A DNA stretch of 64,000 bases. It comes from an uncultured Acidobacteriota bacterium (GTDB lineage: Bacteria > Acidobacteriota > Blastocatellia > RBC074). Location of the stretch: NCBI GenBank assembly GCA_963796275.1, contig CAWCKY010000004.1, positions 1,216,001 through 1,280,000 on the forward strand, written 5' to 3'. A program made the position numbers and the translations under genes. Positions 56,191 through 64,000 of the stretch are shown piece by piece. A model generated the notes under the pieces. The model was not told where the DNA came from. It ran no database searches and was given only the letters and a program-made list of their open reading frames with translations. Every line of letters begins with the position of its first letter. Position 1 is the first letter of the stretch.

Positions 56191-59100
56191 TTATCTCAAT
56201 CTCTTGATCATACGACGGTTACCATAGTCTGCGGGTGAGAAGGGCGTTCTGATGCTCCAGATCGAACTCTTAGCCGCAGGCGACCCCTCTTCAGCCGAAA
56301 AAATCCCCTCATCAGCCAAACCGCGCCCCGTCCTGGTCAGCGAAAGCGTGTAGCTTCCTGAAGTAAATTGGCTGCCTGATGGTGTCGCATACACAAAATA
56401 TGTGCCCGTGTATGGTAATGTCGCCGAGATCATTGCATCGATCCCTTTTGCCCCTCCGCCGCTATTGTTATCAAAAGCTAAGCGAGAGCCATCCGTCAGT
56501 TTGAGCTCGAGGAACGAATCGATCAATTCAGAGCTCATTCTTATCTGCACCTGATCGCCCGCCGCTCCCTGGAACCGGTAAACATCGAAGGATGCGCCGG
56601 CAGAGGTTTGCCTGTCACCCGGGCTGATGCTCTCCCGGATGTTCGCGCCATAACTGGCTACCGGAAGAGGAGCGTCAAATATGTTCAGTGAATATGGCCC
56701 CGTAGCGCTCGGATCGGCGTTTGCGCTGGTAACATTGACAATATAATCGCCGCTCACCGGGAGCGACGTCGTCAATAAGGAATCGAAATTAACCGGATTA
56801 CCATCGACACCAAGTTGACCGCTGGAGTTATCGTCTGAGGCAATCATCGTGAGCATCTCATTACTATTACCATCGAGGGTTACCTGAAAAAGCGTAACCG
56901 CTGTATCGAAACTTGGCGATCTCATATCGATGGTGATGTTTGAGTTGGCAGATGCTGAAAAGCGATACGAGTCATATAAGTATGGCCTCCTGCTGATATC
57001 GCCCGGCAGAACCTGGGCACCATCAGTGGGCGCCAGACTTCCGTTTATCGGTTGCCCGACTGCTACTCGCTGCGCTGCGGGTGGTGGGGGAGTACCTCCG
57101 AGAGGCGGGGCAATGGTGAAGGTGACGACGTTCGAAACCTGGCCATTGGCGGAAAATTGCAGCGTGACTTGCAGCCGTCCGGTATCGGCCGGAATTAACT
57201 GCGCTAAAGCTTGTGGGATGACGAAATTGGTCTGATCAATACCGATGAGGCTAGTCGCACCCGAGAAACGGATATTCGCTTCCACACCCTGAACCAGCAC
57301 TGTGAGCATGTCTGCACCACGACTTCCGGTCGATAAAACAGCCACAATGTTTGGCCGGCCGTTTGCATCGGCGATAGGAACAGGTTTTTCGGAACCATCC
57401 GGATTGGTGATGGTGTCGTAAGTTAATCCGTCATAAGTCGTGTAGGCGAAGGCGGTTCCTCTGCCCGACCCATTTCTTGAAAATATGCCCGGTGAGGCGT
57501 CCGCAATCTCCACCAATCTGGTTTGCGTGGATCCATTGGCATTGGTCAACTCGACTAACACCGTACCGCCCCCTGAGAATGCGTCCGGCACAACCACATT
57601 GATTTGTCCGGTCGTTGCATAGGAGACGGCTGCAGGAATGGCGTTAAACCTCACGCTTATGCCGCCGAGCGTCGTAGGCGGAGGAGTCGTTGAGGCAATG
57701 AAAGTCTGACTGCCTTGAGTCTGGAAAGCGCCGAATAGCGAAGCCAGAGAATTGGGAGCTACCGGTCCCATATTGAAACTCGCGGAGTTCACGAGTACAA
57801 AGCCGGAATCCAATTTCGAGGGAGTGAAGTTTGTTTGGACCGCGATATCAGTGATCACCGAGCTGGCAGCAATGGAATTGTTGGCGCTCACTGCCGTCGC
57901 CACGCCGGTGCGCAGATTGACCCGGAAAAGCTGGGATTGCGTGGCGCCGGGTGGCGTAAACGATGCGTAACCGGTGCCGCTGGAATCGGAGATGTCAAAT
58001 CCGACCTGATTGCCTGCAACCACGCCGAGCGGCCCGATGGTTGAAACCTGGCCGCCATTGGGCGAAACAGGCGCGCCACCAGCTGAGCCCAGCCGCGCCA
58101 GTACATTCCTGGAAGAATCGATCACGAAGAGCGTGGTCGGGGTGGGCGGTGTGGTCCCAGTAAAGTTATTAGTGTAAGCCGCCGCAGTTCCGACCGGAAT
58201 TTGGCCCGCGAAAATATCGCCGACCGCGTAAACCAGGCTCCCATCTGTTGCCGCCAGCGCTCCGTTGTTCGGATTGAGCCGGAGATTCTGACCTTGTTGA
58301 TCACTTATGACGCGAATACGGTCAACCGTCGGATTGAAATCGAAACCGAAAGAGGTGCCCGTAAGTGCGGGACTGAACGGCACAGCGCTGACCAGGAAAG
58401 CCAGGCCAAAATTCGTGTCGATCGTATAAATATTGCTCCGGTTCGTCATACCGAAGAGCTGCCCGGTAGCTGGCCTGAAATCGATTCCGACGATCGTTTC
58501 ACCCGATTGCAGCCCGTTGATCGGCACCGAACGAGTGATTATGCCGGGAGTCCGGCTATTAAAGGTGGCGAGAGTATTGCCGGACGTCACCGCATATACT
58601 CGCTCCACACGTAAGCCGATCGCAATGTCCCGAATAACATCACCACCCGCAATCGTCCCTATTGGAGTTGCAACACCACTGGCCAGATTGAGAGTAAAGA
58701 GAGTAGAAGTGGTCGGTGTATCTTGAAGCGTTAATGAGGCAAATGCCGCTCCGGTATCTCCCGCGATATCGAGGCCCACGTCATCGGTCACATTCAGCGG
58801 CATCCCCCCTGCAGTGAGCCCGCGTATTGTGAAAAGCCGGCCCGTATTCGGAGAAACGGAGGGGGATACATCCATGAGCGTGCCCTGACTCACGAGAATA
58901 TCTAGATTGGAATCAATACCATATAAAGTCGTCGCATTCGTATTGGGAACATTGGGCGCCGCGCCCGCGACATTATTAGAGTAAGCCGACGCGACCACAT
59001 TCGGGTCTATGCCCACATTCGAATCAGTGGAATCATATGCAAGGTTTGAGTCAACCCCATTAAGCGCCAATGTACCATTGTTAGGATTGATACGAAGGTT

Positions 59101-60330
59101 TTGATCATTGCCGTTCGTCAGACGAATCAGATCCGGCACCGGATTGAAATCGAATCCGAGCTGTGGGTTGTTGCTCGCCGACGTAACAAAAGCCTGGGAA
59201 ACAGCGGTCGCCAGCCCCGAAGCAGTATTGAGCGTGTAAATACGACCTGAAATTCCGATCGAGTAAAGCTCTCCCGTCGCCGGACGGAAATCGAGAGCCA
59301 CCAGACTCTCGCTCATAGGAATCCCGGTTATCGGAAGTGTGCTGATCGGAGTTCCCGGTGTGCCGCTGTTGAAGGTCACCAGGCTATTGCTCTGGGTGAG
59401 CGCGAAAATGGTCTCGACGCGGGTTACGATCGCTATGTCTCTGATCGGCTCGCCACCGCCGATCTGCGAGATGATCGTCGCCGTGCCGGTAGGCAAATCA
59501 ATCCAGTATAAAGAAGATGAAGTGGGAGCGCTCGGCGACGTCAATGAAGCCAGAGCCATATTTCCCGGCGCGGAAATGTCGAATCCGACCATTTCATTCG
59601 TGTCCACGCCCAGGCCTTGACCAACAGTGTTAAGTTGACCGCCGTTGGGCGAAGGGTCGCCGTTCGGACCTCCTTGCATCACGAGAGTGTCCAGATCGGA
59701 ATCGATGCCAAATAAGGTCGTCGTCGTCGCACCGGAGAAACTATTAGCATAGGCAGAGCCGACTATATTCGGGTCTGCGCCCGCATTCGCATCGGTTGGA
59801 GCAAACGCCAGGGTCACGTCGACACCGGCCATCACGCCAGTGTTGGGATTAACGCGCAAATTTTGGTCATCCAGATTCGTCACAACACGAATAAGATCCG
59901 GCACAGGGTTGAAATCGACGCCATAGGCGCCCCCCGTCACTCCTGGAGTGAATGGCGCGGTTCCTACCTGCGCCACCGCGCCAGTCAATGTATCGATCGT
60001 GTAGACCCGGCTCTGGTTAGTCACACCGAAAAGCTGCCCCGTGCGCGGGCGAAAATCGACACCAACAACCAGCTCGCCAGCTTGTAAGCCGGTGATGTTG
60101 ACTGTGTTATTAATCGAGCTCGGTGTAACTAAATTGAAATTGATCAGTTTTCCGCTCGCCGTTACCGCATAAACCATTCCTTCCCTTTCGGGAACAGGGG
60201 ATAGGCCGTAAGCGCTGACTTTCGTTGGTAGTACTTCGATTTGGAGATACGGGATTGCTGAATAGCTTAGCATCCCAATGGTGAGGAACATCAATACTAT
60301 CAGATTTTTATATCTTTTTTTTAATCTCAT
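56191..60330 (-). CDS. Large secreted protein: 3x DUF4394-like, TIGR03437-like and 2 PPC-like domains
   Basis: Three DFRPxTG...DFNP..D.IR units; VNSASF...VAPNSLASLFG; F.GAAGD.V.I.MSS...D.FL.L. Confidence 0.75.
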   Translation of the reverse strand: MRLKKRYKNLIVLMFLTIGMLSYSAIPYLQIEVLPTKVSAYGLSPVPEREGMVYAVTASGKLINFNLVTPSSINNTVNITGLQAGELVVGVDFRPRTGQLFGVTNQSRVYTIDTLTGAVAQVGTAPFTPGVTGGAYGVDFNPVPDLIRVVTNLDDQNLRVNPNTGVMAGVDVTLAFAPTDANAGADPNIVGSAYANSFSGATTTTLFGIDSDLDTLVMQGGPNGDPSPNGGQLNTVGQGLGVDTNEMVGFDISAPGNMALASLTSPSAPTSSSLYWIDLPTGTATIISQIGGGEPIRDIAIVTRVETIFALTQSNSLVTFNSGTPGTPISTLPITGIPMSESLVALDFRPATGELYSIGISGRIYTLNTASGLATAVSQAFVTSASNNPQLGFDFNPVPDLIRLTNGNDQNLRINPNNGTLALNGVDSNLAYDSTDSNVGIDPNVVASAYSNNVAGAAPNVPNTNATTLYGIDSNLDILVSQGTLMDVSPSVSPNTGRLFTIRGLTAGGMPLNVTDDVGLDIAGDTGAAFASLTLQDTPTTSTLFTLNLASGVATPIGTIAGGDVIRDIAIGLRVERVYAVTSGNTLATFNSRTPGIITRSVPINGLQSGETIVGIDFRPATGQLFGMTNRSNIYTIDTNFGLAFLVSAVPFSPALTGTSFGFDFNPTVDRIRVISDQQGQNLRLNPNNGALAATDGSLVYAVGDIFAGQIPVGTAAAYTNNFTGTTPPTPTTLFVIDSSRNVLARLGSAGGAPVSPNGGQVSTIGPLGVVAGNQVGFDISDSSGTGYASFTPPGATQSQLFRVNLRTGVATAVSANNSIAASSVITDIAVQTNFTPSKLDSGFVLVNSASFNMGPVAPNSLASLFGAFQTQGSQTFIASTTPPPTTLGGISVRFNAIPAAVSYATTGQINVVVPDAFSGGGTVLVELTNANGSTQTRLVEIADASPGIFSRNGSGRGTAFAYTTYDGLTYDTITNPDGSEKPVPIADANGRPNIVAVLSTGSRGADMLTVLVQGVEANIRFSGATSLIGIDQTNFVIPQALAQLIPADTGRLQVTLQFSANGQVSNVVTFTIAPPLGGTPPPPAAQRVAVGQPINGSLAPTDGAQVLPGDISRRPYLYDSYRFSASANSNITIDMRSPSFDTAVTLFQVTLDGNSNEMLTMIASDDNSSGQLGVDGNPVNFDSLLTTSLPVSGDYIVNVTSANADPSATGPYSLNIFDAPLPVASYGANIRESISPGDRQTSAGASFDVYRFQGAAGDQVQIRMSSELIDSFLELKLTDGSRLAFDNNSGGGAKGIDAMISATLPYTGTYFVYATPSGSQFTSGSYTLSLTRTGRGLADEGIFSAEEGSPAAKSSIWSIRTPFSPADYGNRRMIKRLR

Positions 60331-60682
60331 TTCAGAGGACCTCCTGTCAGGTCGCTGGGCTTCGAAGCATCAACAGTTTAGGTTGTCAAATAGTAGGTGT
60401 TGGGGGCAATGAAATTTTAACGCGACAAGCATTCGTGAGTACGCAAATCCGGATAGGAATGGATTTACATTCCGGGATAGATTTGATGGAAAAAGGTGGT
60501 TTATTTTCGACGGATGTAGTACGCCATCCCAGCAAGAGGTGGACTAGTTCACATGAACACAAAACCCCGTCATTACGTGTAATTGTAACAACGGGGATAT
60601 TGCCAGAGTGTCGGATACACTACTACTGCTTAATCAGAGGTCATCTTTTGTCGTCTTTTATTGACGGCGCATCGCCGCTACT

Positions 60683-61693
60683 TCAGATTTTTATTTCTGA
60701 ACCCTGCTCGGTAAACCTCTTCAGCTTCATATTCAAAGTCTGAACACGCAGCCCGAGCATCGCCGAAGCCTTCGTTTGATTGCCATTCGTCTGGCGCAGA
60801 GCGGTTTCGATCAGGCTCCGTTCAAAATTGTCAACCATTTGCGGCAGATCGATCCCGCTGGTCGGAATCGCCTTGAGCGAAGAGTACCGAATCCTCGAGG
60901 GAAGATGCGATTCGTCAATCGGCTGCGGAGGAGTGTTCGCGATCGCGCTCTCGAGAGCCGCATCGAGTTCGTCGATGTTCCCCTCCCAGGCATAATCGGC
61001 GAGCATCTTCATCGCTCCCGGCGTAATCTCGTGCGGCCCTTTGTTCAGCCGTTTGACTATCCGTTCAACGAGATGCCGGACGAGATACGGCAGGTCTTCA
61101 CTTCGTTCGCGCAACGGTTTAATGGTGAAGCTCATCGGGCGCAAGAGCTCGACCAACCCATAGGCGATCCGATTATCGGCCTTCAGGTCCAATGGATTCC
61201 ATTCCGTCGCAAAGATCAATCGCGGCCCACCCCGCTTGCCGGAATGCGCGCGCCATCGTTGCTCCTCGATATGCGCCGCGAATCGCTGCTGCAGGAGCGC
61301 AGGCAGTCGCGTCAGTTCGTTTACGAATATCGTTCCGCGTTCACATGTCTCGATCATCCCACGAGTCCCGAAGAGCAGGGAATGAAGCGCCTCGCTTTCC
61401 AGACTGTGCGCGTTGACCGCGAAAAATGGCTGCGACCAGTTTCCGCTCGCCTGATGTAATACGCGCGCTACCTGATCCTGCCGCAAACCGCGCTCACCGA
61501 TTAACAAGGTAGGCTGAAGCTGCACTGCCTGCACGCTGATAAATTCCTTGAGCGCGCTGACGTTCGTGCTTACTCCAATAAAACATTCGTACTGGTCGAG
61601 AGTTAATGCCCTCGATCCACCCACCAGTGTAAGTGCCGGACGCGGCTGCATTGCCGGACGAACCTCCCTTTGCTCTACTGCTTCCGTTGCCAT
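60683..61693 (-). CDS. Degenerate sigma54 activator-like AAA+/Fis-HTH protein
   Basis: Retains PLRER and the HTH, but Walker A/B, GAFTGA and the Arg motifs are lost. GGAGG RBS. Confidence 0.8.
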   Translation of the reverse strand: MATEAVEQREVRPAMQPRPALTLVGGSRALTLDQYECFIGVSTNVSALKEFISVQAVQLQPTLLIGERGLRQDQVARVLHQASGNWSQPFFAVNAHSLESEALHSLLFGTRGMIETCERGTIFVNELTRLPALLQQRFAAHIEEQRWRAHSGKRGGPRLIFATEWNPLDLKADNRIAYGLVELLRPMSFTIKPLRERSEDLPYLVRHLVERIVKRLNKGPHEITPGAMKMLADYAWEGNIDELDAALESAIANTPPQPIDESHLPSRIRYSSLKAIPTSGIDLPQMVDNFERSLIETALRQTNGNQTKASAMLGLRVQTLNMKLKRFTEQGSEIKI

Positions 61694-61837
61694 ACTAATT
61701 TACCTCCTTACTCTTGCAAGGCCATCTCCAGGCTCCGGCCCATATTCCAATTGATAAACTGATTATACTTATATACTTCTTGCTACCAAAAATTTAATAG
61801 TTTAAAGTCAACCTGTATAACTTCTTATTGTCATTGA

Positions 61838-61853
61838 ACAATTGCTGTGCCAA
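61838..61853 (-). promoter_or_regulatory. Candidate sigma54 promoter
   Basis: TTGGCACAGCAATTGT on the minus strand: consensus -24 TGGCAC, with -12 TTGT instead of TTGC. Confidence 0.5.
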
Positions 61854-62087
61854 TCTGGTCCATTATTATAAGTTCATCAAATCATTGGACTTGAACGGGA
61901 GATGCTGAAGGAGAAGATCGGGCTGGGTGTTCGGTTATGGGATGTGATAGTTTCAAAAACGAACTTTTTGGGCTCATAACCTGTTACTCAGTAAGGAAAT
62001 ATCAGCAATTGTTTAATTCCAACAACGCTTCTAACGTGAAGAGCCAGAGAAAGTTCCAGTAAAATTATAAATAGCCACATTTATGGA

Positions 62088-62222
62088 CGGTTGGCGGTTG
62101 GCGGTTATAGTTGGTAATCGGTAGTTGGTAGGCGGTAGTCGGTATTATCATTTACCGCGAACCGCGAACCCGACAACCGTCTACCGACAACCGCCAACCG
62201 CCAACCGCCTACCGACAACCGG
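62088..62222. repeat. Heptamer-armed palindrome (CGGTTGG/CCAACCG)
   Basis: About 8 units on the left arm and about 7 complementary units on the right arm. Confidence 0.88.
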
Positions 62223-62223
62223 C

Positions 62224-63003
62224 TCAATTTCTCCGCAGCTGAACTCTCCCATTAATGCCGGAGATGGTGATACGAGCTCCTCCGGAGCCAATGGTTCCCT
62301 TCAACTGGCCTCGCTTAAGTTCGCCCAGGAGGGTGATCGGCAAATCGGAATCGACGGAGCCGTTCACCGAAGACACATCCACATCGGCATTGATCGATTC
62401 GGGGAACCCAATTTCGACGGCGCCGTTGATCCCGTTGACGCGCAGCCCGCCCTCGCCCAGGCGCGCCAATGAAATCCGGATCCCCCCATTAATACCATTG
62501 ATATTGGTAGCGGTCCCAGCCTGGGCGACATCGACTCGTCCATTGATTCCATTAACGACGATCTCGCCCTCTATCGGGCCGACATCGACCGCTCCATTTA
62601 TGCCCGATATATTCATATTGATACTGCGCGGCAATATCAGGCGAACCACATGTTTCACGCCATCTCGATCTCTTCCCCTGCCCTCCTTATTTTCGATCGT
62701 ACGGATCGTCAGGCTGTTCGGCGTGTTTTCGACAGTCAACGGACGGCGCTCGATCGCCTCCCGGCTGGCAGCCTTGATCCTGATATCGATCTCAGCCCTA
62801 TCTCCTTCTCCCGTTTCGATTGTGACAGGACCATTGATGCCGCTGACTCTGACATTCGAGCCAGCAGCCAGAGTTACCGTCTTATTAATCTGTTCGGTCA
62901 CCTCCTGTCCTGCAACAGGATACGAAATGCCCGATGCTCCCGGCATCAACCGATAACAAAATCCGATTATCAGGATTATTAATAGCGAGGTTGTTATTTT
63001 CAT
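62224..63003 (-). CDS. DUF4097 family beta-strand repeat protein
   Basis: Signal peptide, repeated SGING.V motifs. Confidence 0.8.
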   Translation of the reverse strand: MKITTSLLIILIIGFCYRLMPGASGISYPVAGQEVTEQINKTVTLAAGSNVRVSGINGPVTIETGEGDRAEIDIRIKAASREAIERRPLTVENTPNSLTIRTIENKEGRGRDRDGVKHVVRLILPRSINMNISGINGAVDVGPIEGEIVVNGINGRVDVAQAGTATNINGINGGIRISLARLGEGGLRVNGINGAVEIGFPESINADVDVSSVNGSVDSDLPITLLGELKRGQLKGTIGSGGARITISGINGRVQLRRN

Positions 63004-63028
63004 AGTTTTTCGACCCTTCCGCCGCTCA

Positions 63029-64000
63029 TCACTTGATGCTTTTCTTGATCTGTACGCTGCCGCTGAAGCTCGACGCCCGGACCTCAGCGCCGCCTTTGCC
63101 GACCGTGCATCGAATCTCCCTCGAAGATACGCTCGAACTGAGCTGGCAGGGAAAATCGGTATTGATTGATCCATTATTGCTCCTGGCAGTTAACCTGAAG
63201 CTGCTATCGGATGGCAGGGTCAGGACCACTTCGCCGCTATGGCTACTAAAATTATAGACCCCTTCACTGGATAATTTACCGCCGAAGCGCACGCTGCCGC
63301 TGACACAGCTCGCTACCACGCCCTGGCTGTCGACGTTGCTAAGATTGACCGAATCACTGACGCTGTTGGCTTCGATACGCCCTTTGGCATCGCTGATATC
63401 TACTCTGCCGCTCACCGTGGTCGCTCGAACGCCCTCATCTGCTTTCCGAACGACAATGTTTCCGCTGACGGTATTGGCTGTGACCAGCCCGCGCGCATTG
63501 GTGACGGTGATATTATCGCTGATGCTCCCGGCCTCGACATCTCCGCCGGCGTCGTTGACCAGTACCGAACCATTTTGCGAACGAGCGATCGCGCGGCCGC
63601 CTATGCTCTCGAGCCGTACGCTTCCATTGTTAGTGCCGGCCGTTGCGTTATTCTTGATTTGAATCGCGGTGACCGTGCCGTTGACGCTCTGGCCATTGAG
63701 AAGCGTGGCGGCATCGTTGACGTTCACGTCACCGTTGGTTGTATTTGCCCGCAACTCGCCTCCGATTTTTGTTGCTTTGATCGACCCGTTCGTAGAGGCG
63801 AGCGTCGCCATCTCGTTCACTTCATTCACCGTGATACTTCCGTTGGTCGAGCGTGCGCTGACGCGCGCCAGCGGTCCCGTTACCGTTATGTCCCCATTCG
63901 TCAGGTTCAGTGAATTGAGGTCAGCCGTTCGCGGAACTTTCAGGTCGTAGTCGACCGAAACATCGGTCGATCTGCCGCGCGGATAGACGGTGCGGATCTC
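63029..64000 (-). CDS. DUF4097 family beta-strand repeat protein (5' partial)
   Basis: Frame is open to the window end; repeated TTNG/SVSG units; ends SFSGSVQIKK. Confidence 0.8.
   Translation of the reverse strand, partial: EIRTVYPRGRSTDVSVDYDLKVPRTADLNSLNLTNGDITVTGPLARVSARSTNGSITVNEVNEMATLASTNGSIKATKIGGELRANTTNGDVNVNDAATLLNGQSVNGTVTAIQIKNNATAGTNNGSVRLESIGGRAIARSQNGSVLVNDAGGDVEAGSISDNITVTNARGLVTANTVSGNIVVRKADEGVRATTVSGRVDISDAKGRIEANSVSDSVNLSNVDSQGVVASCVSGSVRFGGKLSSEGVYNFSSHSGEVVLTLPSDSSFRLTARSNNGSINTDFPCQLSSSVSSREIRCTVGKGGAEVRASSFSGSVQIKKSIK

Overview
This is a 64-kb chromosomal window of moderately GC-rich bacterial DNA, most likely Acidobacteriota. That call is an inference from the Oar-type TonB receptor, a TIGR03437-like domain and tandem DUF4097 genes. 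Housekeeping and accessory content: pyrG-kdsA-kdsC (Kdo/LPS), 2-oxoacid:ferredoxin oxidoreductase with two CBS proteins and a lone nuoI, a sufR-mrp-iscA / perR-rubrerythrin-RFO-DUF3501 / ygfZ Fe-S and oxidative-stress cluster, tandem S8 proteases, a sigma54-controlled MacAB-like exporter and two two-component systems. I found no CRISPR array, rRNA, tRNA or intact transposase. The most striking candidate system is a CRISPR-independent Cas4-family nuclease split into two translationally coupled genes (7879-8708). Each half has its own transmembrane helix at the split point, so the four Cys ligands of the Fe-S cluster would be supplied 1+3 in trans at the membrane. Other leads are: a dispersed family of intergenic palindromes with 7-, 8- or 9-bp periodic arms (two share a 49-bp core); a Lys-tailed orphan NuoI behind korAB; a catalytically dead M1 peptidase/TPR gene between kdsA and kdsC; a dead sigma54 activator with its own sigma54-like promoter; a cytochrome c with a cytochrome-f/Cyc2-like N-terminus; and a BNR-propeller/MoaD pair. 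Three genes are broken by single-base lesions, which may be assembly errors. All calls come from reading motifs by eye; no database searches were run.
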